This document shows positions 55,640 to 64,000 of a stretch of 64,000 bases of DNA, piece after piece. This DNA comes from a virus. Taxonomy: Duplodnaviria; Caudoviricetes. Position numbers and translations under genes: made by a program. Location of the stretch: positions 2,212 to 66,211 of IMG/VR virus record IMGVR_UViG_3300011116_001234; one strand, 5' to 3'. The number at the start of each line of letters is the position of its first letter. Position 1 is the stretch's first letter. The notes under the pieces were generated by a model. That model did not search any database, was not told the origin of the DNA, and was given only the letters and a program-made list of their open reading frames with translations.

Positions 55640-57676
55640 ATGGCTAAAAAAGAAAAAAGTTTCTATCAACGCTTGACGAGATTGTTTCGCTCAGGCCCAG
55701 CTATCCGTCGTAAGATCAAAGGTCAAGATTACAAGAACTTCTATGATTCTCAAGTAGTTCAGAACAACCTTGGATATTATGGTGCTGCTGGATTTAAACG
55801 TGAAGCATCGCCATTCTCTGTCATGGGCGCATACGGCATTCTTGATCGCATGTCCAGATATGCAGAGTTTGCTGAAATGGAAAACTGTGCGGAAGTAGCA
55901 TCTGCACTTAATGTTTATGCTGATGAATCGTGCGCTCAAGATGAAACAGGTAAAACGTTTCACATTTATAGTGACAATCAACAAATCCAAAAAGCATTAG
56001 AAGAACTTTTTTATGATGTTGTAAATATTGAGTTTAATGCTCGCCGCATGATTAGAAACCTTGTTAAAAACGGGGATTACTTCATGTATGTTGAAGTTGT
56101 ACCAGACTATGGTGTAATCAACGTAGAACCTCTTCCGGTTAACGAAGTAGAGCGTGAAGAAGGATTTGATAAACACGATCCATATGCTGTTAGATTCCGT
56201 CTTATCACAAGAGGCGGCAAGTATCTTGAGAACTGGCAGATGCTTCACTTTCGTATTCTTGGTAACGACTTATTCCTGCCATACGGTACAAGTTTTTTAG
56301 AATCGGCTAGAAGACCATGGAGACAACTTACCATGATGGAAGACTCCATGTTGGTGTATCGTCTTGTAAGATCTCCAGAGCGTAGAATTTTTTATGTTGA
56401 CGTATCTGCTATTCATCCAAACGATGTACCTTCTTACATGGAAGCGGTTAAAGAATCAATGCGTGGAGCTTCTGTTATTGAACAACAGCAAGGCCGTCAA
56501 GACTTTCGCTACAATCCTCTTGCAGTAGACGAAGATTACTTTCTACCAACCCGTCCAAACAGTCAAACAAAAATTGAAAACATTGCTGGCGGTCAGAACA
56601 CAACAGCAACTGAAGATGTTGAATATATTCTGAAAAAGCTTATTGCTGCACTCATGGTGCCAAAAGCTTATTTAACTTATGATGAAGCTATCAGTTCCAA
56701 GGCTACATTGGCTCAAGAAGATATTCGTTTCTCCAGAACAGTAGCAAACCTACAAAAGATTGTTCTTGCTGAGATGAATAAGTTGGCAATCATTCATCTT
56801 TATTCTCTTGGATTTTCTGGCGATGACTTGATTAACTATGAACTGAAGTTTTCTAACCCTTCCACTGTTGCTGTTCAACAAAAACTTGCTCTTGTAAGCA
56901 GTCGAATTGAAATTGCAGCAAAGGCTTGGGAACTGTCAAAAGAAACTGGGATTTATTCAATGAATTATATTCAAAAAGAAATTCTTGGACTGCGCCCAGA
57001 AGAAATAAACATCATCAAACAAGAAGCCAAACAAGATCAAGTTACTATGGCTGAATTGAAAAAGATTGCAGAAAATCCACCATTTGATAACAGTATAGAA
57101 AGTAGCATCGATATTTTTGACAAGAGCAATTATGACGTTCCAAGTTCCCCATTTGCCCCAGATAAAAAAGAAATCACAAAGGTTGAACGTCAAAACCAAG
57201 AAGACGAAAGAGAATATCAGGCAAAACGTGCCAAAGAACGTGAAGAAAAAGGTTATACTTCGGGTCGAGGAGCTCCAATAACCTTTAGCCCAACTCCAAA
57301 TCTAGATAAGAGCTTCCGTAAAAGTGAAAGAAAGAAAACATTTACAGGTGATCGGGCTCTCTCGCTTCCAAACTTTAAAAATATGTTGGATGCAAACAAC
57401 AGATATGCCAAAGATCCATATGATATCAAAGGCATGAAAAAATTTGTTCTTGAGTCTGATGACAAGATGCAGCGTGAATTGTTGGGAGAAAACTACACGG
57501 GCGTACCTCTATATGGATTGAACAAAGAAATTCAACATGCACTACGTAAGATGCATGAATCCCTTATGAAAAGGACTGTGGATATAAAGGGAGTAGATTT
57601 AATCACCGAAAATGAAGATGAAGATTTTGTTGATGAACTATTCGTTATTGAAAATGAATTGAAAACAAAAGAATAA
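55640..57676 (+). CDS. Portal protein (T4 gp20-like)
   Basis: MMEDSMLVYRLVRSPERRIFYVDV, EDYFLP, VPKAYL. Confidence 0.96.
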   Translation: MAKKEKSFYQRLTRLFRSGPAIRRKIKGQDYKNFYDSQVVQNNLGYYGAAGFKREASPFSVMGAYGILDRMSRYAEFAEMENCAEVASALNVYADESCAQDETGKTFHIYSDNQQIQKALEELFYDVVNIEFNARRMIRNLVKNGDYFMYVEVVPDYGVINVEPLPVNEVEREEGFDKHDPYAVRFRLITRGGKYLENWQMLHFRILGNDLFLPYGTSFLESARRPWRQLTMMEDSMLVYRLVRSPERRIFYVDVSAIHPNDVPSYMEAVKESMRGASVIEQQQGRQDFRYNPLAVDEDYFLPTRPNSQTKIENIAGGQNTTATEDVEYILKKLIAALMVPKAYLTYDEAISSKATLAQEDIRFSRTVANLQKIVLAEMNKLAIIHLYSLGFSGDDLINYELKFSNPSTVAVQQKLALVSSRIEIAAKAWELSKETGIYSMNYIQKEILGLRPEEINIIKQEAKQDQVTMAELKKIAENPPFDNSIESSIDIFDKSNYDVPSSPFAPDKKEITKVERQNQEDEREYQAKRAKEREEKGYTSGRGAPITFSPTPNLDKSFRKSERKKTFTGDRALSLPNFKNMLDANNRYAKDPYDIKGMKKFVLESDDKMQRELLGENYTGVPLYGLNKEIQHALRKMHESLMKRTVDIKGVDLITENEDEDFVDELFVIENELKTKE

Positions 57677-57741
57677 AGCTATTTATCCATAGCTAGTAGC
57701 AAGCAGCTATCAAATATATCTGTAATGCAAGGTAAAATAAA

Positions 57742-58617
57742 ATGCAACAAAAGCTAAAACATAACAAGAAACGCAACACCGGCCTTCTCTATGAATTCTT
57801 TACTCGTTATATTGGTAAAGCCATTTTAGAAAACAGAGATGGTGATATTGTAAAGGCTAAATCTCTCTTGAAGAAACACTTCAATCGTGGGACTGATCTT
57901 TATAAAGAATTAAAGCTTTTCAAAGCTTTAACAGAATCAAAAGTTTCAAGTCGTGATCAAGCTGTGCATTTGATCAATCGTGTTCGTGAGGCTGTCAAAT
58001 ATCAAAGCCAAGCACGTTTGGACCTTGAGAAAACATCTCTTATCCATGAGATCAATTCAAACTTGAACGCCGATCTTTTTTTTGAAGAAGCTATTCCAAA
58101 CTACAAACAACTTGGAACTATCCAAGTTTTATTGAATACTTGGCGTGATGAAACTCTTAAAGAAAGTGCTGTTGGAGAAACGGTTTTTCTTGAAGAAAAA
58201 TTGATTGAGTTTATGCTGGAATCCAAACAACATGAACAAGTTCAAGAAACTCTCCAGATGACACCAGCAGATGTAGATCGTCTTGTTGTAAGCATCATGA
58301 CAGAAAAGGTTAACAAAAAATATAACAACCTTGATCGTGAACAAAAAGAAATTATTCAACTCTACGTGTTCAGCAAGGATAACGCTGAAGTACAAGCTCG
58401 CTTAACAGAAACATTGAACAATGTTAAGCGTCGATTCATTGGAACTCTTGCGGCTAATCAACATGAGTTTGAATCGGACAAGGTTCTAATGAACAAACTT
58501 CAAGAAATTCGGAAAGAACTCCAAGAAAGCTACAGTGACCCAGCCGTAATCACCGAAGATATGGTGAGTTTTTATCTAGGTCTTTCAAAACTAGAACATG
58601 AGGTCAAAGCAAAATGA
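57742..58617 (+). CDS. Head-module hypothetical protein
   Basis: KHNKKRNTG N terminus; between portal and protease. Confidence 0.8.
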   Translation: MQQKLKHNKKRNTGLLYEFFTRYIGKAILENRDGDIVKAKSLLKKHFNRGTDLYKELKLFKALTESKVSSRDQAVHLINRVREAVKYQSQARLDLEKTSLIHEINSNLNADLFFEEAIPNYKQLGTIQVLLNTWRDETLKESAVGETVFLEEKLIEFMLESKQHEQVQETLQMTPADVDRLVVSIMTEKVNKKYNNLDREQKEIIQLYVFSKDNAEVQARLTETLNNVKRRFIGTLAANQHEFESDKVLMNKLQEIRKELQESYSDPAVITEDMVSFYLGLSKLEHEVKAK

Positions 58618-59225
58618 ACGATAAAAAATTCTTACTCAAAGAGTTTACAGCCTTTGAATATAGCGACGATGAAGCAGCCAAACACGAAGAAGGTAAGCCA
58701 CTTATTTTAAATGGCATTCTTCAAAAGGCAAACACACTCAACCAAAACGGTCGTGTGTATCCAAAACATATTCTAGAACGTGAGATTCGTAACTACGAAA
58801 AACTCATTCGTGAGAACCGTGCATTTGGTGAATTGGACCATGCTAATGAACCAATCGTCAACATGAAAAACATCTCTCACGTTATTCGTGAGATCTGGAT
58901 GGAAGGTGACGTAGTGTATGGCAAGGTAGAAATTCTTCCAACTCCATCTGGGAAGATTATCGAAGCTCTTATCTCTCGTAAGTGCAAACCTGGAATCTCC
59001 AGCAGAGCCTTGGGTTCATTGCAACGTGAGAATAATGTCAACGTTGTTCAAGATGATTTACAGATTATTTGCTGGGACTTTGTTAGCGAACCAAGCACTC
59101 CCGGTGCATTCATGATGGCCGAAGCAAAGCAATATGATGCAAACGTTGTTAAAAGCATTTTTACCAAGAGTGATCTTGTTGATCGTGCAGCAAACGAAAT
59201 ATTATCACTTCGTAAAAAAATCTAA
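58614..59225 (+). CDS. Prohead protease (T4 gp21-like)
   Basis: NQNGRVYP, GELDH, ISH, GISSRALGS, DFVSEPS. Confidence 0.95.
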   Translation: MNDKKFLLKEFTAFEYSDDEAAKHEEGKPLILNGILQKANTLNQNGRVYPKHILEREIRNYEKLIRENRAFGELDHANEPIVNMKNISHVIREIWMEGDVVYGKVEILPTPSGKIIEALISRKCKPGISSRALGSLQRENNVNVVQDDLQIICWDFVSEPSTPGAFMMAEAKQYDANVVKSIFTKSDLVDRAANEILSLRKKI

Positions 59226-59294
59226 ACGTTATTTGGTCAAATCAAAACTTTCTTGATTATATAAGATAACAAAGATTAAGAAGTGAAGAGTGAT

Positions 59295-59816
59295 ATGAAA
59301 ATTCCAAAAACAGAATTCAAAGCCATTATCAAAGAGTGCCTTAAAGAACTTGTTGCTGAAGGTGCTTTAGATCATATGGTTTCAGGAATGGTTAACGAAC
59401 GTGCAGTAACCATTCAACAGCAAGCCGTGATGCAAGATCCAAGAGTAATGGCAGCAGCAATGCAATCCGCTGGTGGTAACCCACAACAAGCACATTTAAT
59501 GCAACAGATCTTTGCTGATACTGCGGTTAATTCACTTCCACAACATATGCGTAATGAAGCTCCCGGTGGAGGGATGGGAGTTAATCTTTCTATGATTAAC
59601 GAACAACCTTTAGCTCCTTCTACTGGTTATCTTCCACAACGTAATCCATTACCCCCAAGAGATGCTGTTCAACAAATGGTAGCAGGTCCACAAGCATCAG
59701 CAAACACACGTTGGGCTAACCTTGCTTTTAATTCACCAATAAGTAACCGTCCCGGTGGATCAACAACCAGTGGAGCAGGTTTCTTACCCGGATCGAAAAA
59801 AGGTAACTTCGAATAA
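59295..59816 (+). CDS. Prohead core-like protein with FKAIIKE tag
   Basis: Position in head module; Gln/Met-rich. Confidence 0.7.
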   Translation: MKIPKTEFKAIIKECLKELVAEGALDHMVSGMVNERAVTIQQQAVMQDPRVMAAAMQSAGGNPQQAHLMQQIFADTAVNSLPQHMRNEAPGGGMGVNLSMINEQPLAPSTGYLPQRNPLPPRDAVQQMVAGPQASANTRWANLAFNSPISNRPGGSTTSGAGFLPGSKKGNFE

Positions 59817-59877
59817 TCTCCACATATTTCTCATTTTGGTCATAGTTATAGCTGTAACCCTATAGGAGAACAGCACT

Positions 59878-60486
59878 ATGCCAATGTTAGAAGATTCCAT
59901 CGCTATTAATCCACAGTTCGGTGTTAGAACTTACGCAGAAGGTTTTAAAGGTAACCGTGATCAAACCGGTTTACAACAAGCTTTTGCAACCTCGCCAATT
60001 CTAAGCGGCGATTATAATGCAGACAAAGCTGCTGCTGCTTTTGAAGGTCATGGTACAACACTTGGCGGCGCTCCACTTGAAGATAACGGTGCAAACCCTG
60101 ACTTCAAATACTATCGTCGTAACTTTATTCCACAAGACGGCGCTTCAGAACCAAGCGATCCAGCATACCAATCGCCAAGAGACAAGAATGCTGTTCCAGT
60201 AGGTACTGGTACAGGTCTTGGTACAGGTTATTCGCCAACCATTGCATCCCCAGGCGAAGGCGAAGGTACAAACTATGCGGGCGTCCGTAGCGTTTCAGGT
60301 CGTCTTCCATTAGCTGTTGACACAGATGCAGAACGCCAAGCTCTTAACCCACCACGTTATATCAACGTAGCCTCTGATGGAACACCAGATGTGAGAACAG
60401 TTGGTACAGTAACAGACGGTCGTGGCAACCTTCGCAGATTTAGACTCGGCGTTGGTTCTGCTGTCGGCGTTGACCGTGCTCGCTGA
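59878..60486 (+). CDS. Hypothetical structural protein
   Basis: ATAGTTA motif, AGGAG; head module. Confidence 0.75.
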   Translation: MPMLEDSIAINPQFGVRTYAEGFKGNRDQTGLQQAFATSPILSGDYNADKAAAAFEGHGTTLGGAPLEDNGANPDFKYYRRNFIPQDGASEPSDPAYQSPRDKNAVPVGTGTGLGTGYSPTIASPGEGEGTNYAGVRSVSGRLPLAVDTDAERQALNPPRYINVASDGTPDVRTVGTVTDGRGNLRRFRLGVGSAVGVDRAR

Positions 60487-60565
60487 ACACACCTATAATA
60501 TCTAACATTTTGGGTGTGAAACCATATATAAAGAATAGAAAGAAAAATATTAGGAGCTTTATCTC

Positions 60566-62710
60566 ATGACAACCCCTCTATTCCAAGAAGCATTAATCGA
60601 AGCAAAAAAACTACGTGAAGCTGCTGCCAACGAAGCAAAAAACGCTGTACTTGAAGCCGTTTCTCCTCTTATCAAACAAATGATTGATAAAGAAATTTCC
60701 GGTGTTATCTTGGAACAAGAGGAACCACCAGCACCAGAAACTGCTCCAATGGATGCACCACCTCCTGCACCCGCTGCCCCATCGCCAGATGCAGGAGCAA
60801 CAGGACCAGTAACCCCAGCACCAGCAGGGGGCGCAGAACCTCCACCACCATCACTTCCAACAATGGCACCAGCAACAGCAATTGGTGTCGGTGCTCCTCC
60901 AATCGTACCAGCAGGAACACCTGTTGAAACAAAGATTGAAGCAGATCCAACAACCGGTGAACCAAAAATTGTTATTGATGTTTCTTCAATTTTTGCTCCA
61001 CAAACCCCAGGAGCTGCTGCAAAAACCCAAGAAGTTGCTCCACCTCCTGCTCCAACAGCAGAATTGCCACCAGCACCAGAAGCTGCTCCCGGTGCTCCTG
61101 CTGCCTTGGAAGAAATTTATCGTGCTGTTCAAAAACTTTTAGCTGAGCAACAAACACCACCGGCTCCTCCTGCCGCACCAGCAGACCCAGCAGCAGCAGC
61201 AGTTCCTCCAGCAGCACCTCCTGCTACACCGCCCGCTGCTCCACCAGCACCACCAGTTGATGCAGCAGCAACACCGCCCGCCGCACCGCCCGCTGCTCCA
61301 CCAGCACCGGGAGCTCCAGTGTCGGTAGATGCAACTGTAGCTGGCGCAGCAGGGACACCTCCACAAACTGTTCCAGCGCCTGTGCCGCCAGCAGCCCCAG
61401 CAGACGCCGCTGCTCAACAACCTCCTGCAACACCACCTCCTATTGCTCCACAGCCAAATGCAGCGGCTCCAGCAGCAGGAGCAGTGCATGAATATAGACA
61501 GTTTAAAAACAAACTAAAACAACTTGAAGAGTCAGTTACTCTTCTAGAAAATGGAAATCGTTCGGTTTTAGCCAAGCAATCTCATGAAAGAGTTATGTTT
61601 TCTCTATATGAATCGCTTGTTGGTTTAAAGAATAAGAATGCAATATCCTCCCGACTCTTTGCTAGTAATGAAGGAAGACTGGATTTGCTGCACGAAAATC
61701 TAAATTTGATCTATAGTTATACCCAAAATCCACTAACAAAGGGAAAGACAATGAAAAAGAACTCACTAAAAGATTTTGCACGTTCACTTTTTGAAGGTGC
61801 TGAAGGTTTCGAAAAAGAAGTCGGTCACGTAGACCCAGCAGGTGACTCTGAAGGCGGTTCAGCAGAACATGCCCATCACGTTTCTGGTAATCCAAAAGGC
61901 CACAAGGCCGATGCGGAAAAGGCTCCATTCGCAACAAAAGAAAAAAGCGAATGGCCAGGAAAGCCAGCACCAACTTCTCTTCTTGAACAACTTGAAGAAG
62001 AAATTGCTGAAATGATGAGCAGCATGGAAGAAGAAGAAACCGTTGAAGAACAAGCTGAAGGCGATGACATGGAAGAAGCAGTCTTCGAAATTTCAGACGA
62101 AGAAGTAATGATGGAAGCACGCAAAGCCCGTGCCCGTCTCAAAGCTCTTCGTGAACAAGCCGAAGAAGAAGCCGACATGGAAGAAGGTGACGATGATCAC
62201 CTTTCCCTAACAATTGATCTTGATGGCGTATCCGGCACAGAAGTATCAAATGTCAATGTATCGCTTGATGGCGAAGAACTCGACGTTGATATGGCCGGTG
62301 AAGAAGGTATGGGCGAAGAAGAAGAAGAAGCAGCCCAACCAGAAGAAGGCGAAGAAGAAGTCGCAATGATGCAAGAAAACAAAGTTCTTCGTAGCCAACT
62401 CGCAGAAACACAACTTCTTACAGCACGTTCGCTGTATGTAAACAAGCTTTTCGTTCGTGACGATTTATCTAGTGGTCAAAAGCGCAAAATCGTGGAGTAC
62501 CTAGATAGTGCAAGAACGCTAGCCGAAGCTAAGGAAATCTACAACCGTGTTGTTCGTGTACTCAACACCGCCAAGAAAAATGGCATGGTAACAGAATCTG
62601 TAACATCACGCCCAACACAACTTCTTGCTGAAGCAGCAGGAATTGTAGAACCAAGCTTCGATACCTCACGTTGGCAAATTCTTGCTGGTGTGAAGAGAAA
62701 CGCAAGATAA
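60566..62710 (+). CDS. Scaffolding protein (gp22 position) with Pro/Ala-rich linker
   Basis: Directly before capsid gene; acidic coiled coil; ends RWQILAG. Confidence 0.85.
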   Translation: MTTPLFQEALIEAKKLREAAANEAKNAVLEAVSPLIKQMIDKEISGVILEQEEPPAPETAPMDAPPPAPAAPSPDAGATGPVTPAPAGGAEPPPPSLPTMAPATAIGVGAPPIVPAGTPVETKIEADPTTGEPKIVIDVSSIFAPQTPGAAAKTQEVAPPPAPTAELPPAPEAAPGAPAALEEIYRAVQKLLAEQQTPPAPPAAPADPAAAAVPPAAPPATPPAAPPAPPVDAAATPPAAPPAAPPAPGAPVSVDATVAGAAGTPPQTVPAPVPPAAPADAAAQQPPATPPPIAPQPNAAAPAAGAVHEYRQFKNKLKQLEESVTLLENGNRSVLAKQSHERVMFSLYESLVGLKNKNAISSRLFASNEGRLDLLHENLNLIYSYTQNPLTKGKTMKKNSLKDFARSLFEGAEGFEKEVGHVDPAGDSEGGSAEHAHHVSGNPKGHKADAEKAPFATKEKSEWPGKPAPTSLLEQLEEEIAEMMSSMEEEETVEEQAEGDDMEEAVFEISDEEVMMEARKARARLKALREQAEEEADMEEGDDDHLSLTIDLDGVSGTEVSNVNVSLDGEELDVDMAGEEGMGEEEEEAAQPEEGEEEVAMMQENKVLRSQLAETQLLTARSLYVNKLFVRDDLSSGQKRKIVEYLDSARTLAEAKEIYNRVVRVLNTAKKNGMVTESVTSRPTQLLAEAAGIVEPSFDTSRWQILAGVKRNAR

Positions 62711-62772
62711 GCATATATTTAGAGATTACATACCGATAACAGGTAAAAAATAGGATAAAAGGAGTCTAGAAA

Positions 62773-64000
62773 ATGTCACGTACACTAACACTAACACAAC
62801 TCGCTGAAGGTATCAACCGTCAGCAATCGGCAGGCGATGATCGCATTGTCGGTAAATGGTCGAAGACAGGTCTTCTTGAAGGTCTTTCGGCTCAAGGTCG
62901 TCAAAAAATGGCCCGCCTTTTGGAAAACCAAGCTGTTGCAGTTCTCCAACCCGGCAACCAAATGCTCGCAGAAAACCTCGCTCTCTCAACCGGCGGTGCA
63001 AGCCTCGCAGGTTCGGGCCAAGTAGCAGGCTTCACAAACGTAGCATTCCCAATCGTCCGTCGTGTGTTCGCTGGCCTCGTTGCCAACGAAATCGTCTCGG
63101 TACAACCAATGTCGCTCCCAAGCGGCCTCTTGTTCTACCTTGATTACACCTACGGCTCGTTCGTCGGTGGTGATGCAGGTACAGCAGCAAACCAATACTC
63201 GACAACCGCAGCACAATCGGCAGCAACCTATGCTCGTACAGATTCGATTTACACCAACCCATCGGGTTCGGCAATCCGTACATCGGGTTCGCTCGCAGCA
63301 GGTGGCCAATACAACCTTATTGGTTCAGGTTACTCCAAGGTTCACGTTGAAGGCAAACTCCCAACAGGCGTTGTTGCCCTCGGCGCATGGACCGGTGGCA
63401 GCACATGGCTAACAGGTTCAGCAGTATCGGCTTCAGCAGGCTTCACAGGTTACAACGCACGTTTCGTTGGTTATGATCCACAACTCCAAGCAGACGTGGA
63501 ACAAAACCAACTCGATTACTTGTTCCTCGTAGTATCGGCTTCTGCTTTCTCGTCGTGGACAACCGCAGGCGTTGCAGCAGACCTTACCTCGGTCGAACAA
63601 ATTGCCGTTGTTGGCCTCGGTGGAGGCGCAGGCAACGCAGTTGCAGTACCAGCCCGTTACCAAGGTGGCGTAGGCGTACTCAACTTCCGTCGTTACAACC
63701 AACGTGGCAACTGGGTAGATGCAGGTACAGCATCAACATTCCAAGTTGATCCATTCAACGGTTCGCACGTTCTCTTTGCTCTCGCAGTATCAAATGGTGG
63801 CGTACTCCCAGCAGACCTTGGACAACCAACCACAAGAATCACAGCATCAGCACCAATCGCTGATACACTCAGCGCAAATGCAGATGGCTCGGTACTCACA
63901 ATCCCATCGTTTGAATCAAACTTCAACGGTGCAGATTCGTCACCACGTATCCCAGACGTAGACATCAAGATCGATTCAGTTGCAGTAACCGCAACAACCC
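62773..64000 (+). CDS. Major capsid protein (T4 gp23-like), runs off the window
   Basis: KWSKTGLLEGL, AFPIVRRVF..LVANEIVSVQPMSLPSGLLFYLDY; AAGGAG upstream. Confidence 0.96.
   Translation, partial: MSRTLTLTQLAEGINRQQSAGDDRIVGKWSKTGLLEGLSAQGRQKMARLLENQAVAVLQPGNQMLAENLALSTGGASLAGSGQVAGFTNVAFPIVRRVFAGLVANEIVSVQPMSLPSGLLFYLDYTYGSFVGGDAGTAANQYSTTAAQSAATYARTDSIYTNPSGSAIRTSGSLAAGGQYNLIGSGYSKVHVEGKLPTGVVALGAWTGGSTWLTGSAVSASAGFTGYNARFVGYDPQLQADVEQNQLDYLFLVVSASAFSSWTTAGVAADLTSVEQIAVVGLGGGAGNAVAVPARYQGGVGVLNFRRYNQRGNWVDAGTASTFQVDPFNGSHVLFALAVSNGGVLPADLGQPTTRITASAPIADTLSANADGSVLTIPSFESNFNGADSSPRIPDVDIKIDSVAVTATT

Noticed and set aside
60720-61490. CCAGCA-type repeats as a DNA repeat element
   Set aside because: Explained by Pro/Ala low-complexity coding in the scaffold.
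1-64000. Stop-codon reassignment
   Set aside because: Core genes are full length in the standard code and no suppressor tRNA was seen.
1-64000. Prophage or cellular chromosome
   Set aside because: No integrase, rRNA or host operons; cell-like genes are interleaved with virion genes and share phage promoter motifs.

Overview
Segment of a large T4-like (jumbo-type) tailed phage genome in the standard genetic code. It carries T4-type head genes (large terminase, portal, prohead protease, scaffold, start of the major capsid protein), DnaE polymerase, primase, a fused SbcD-SbcC, RadA-like ATPase, UvsE, a sigma70-family factor, an intein-containing GroEL, RNA ligase, a type IIG-like R-M enzyme, tmRNA and about 18 tRNA genes or fragments. 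A GltG/AgmX-like gene, plus an AT-rich genome with mostly U34 tRNAs, points to a GC-rich myxobacterial host (inference). Main observations: (1) two tRNA genes split at the anticodon loop by cassettes of HNH endonuclease plus intact same-amino-acid tRNA, one tRNA lying antisense inside the HNH reading frame; (2) about 17 unrelated ORFs share short N-terminal tags (MKLYxILFE or LKxLIxE) resembling capsid-targeting sequences, mostly behind a TAnTTA motif; (3) a class-3-type intein in the GroEL ATP site; (4) a sigma factor whose region-4 HTH seems to be a separate ORF; (5) a ~190-nt tRNA-like structured RNA. All calls come from reading motifs by eye; no database searches or folding programs were run.
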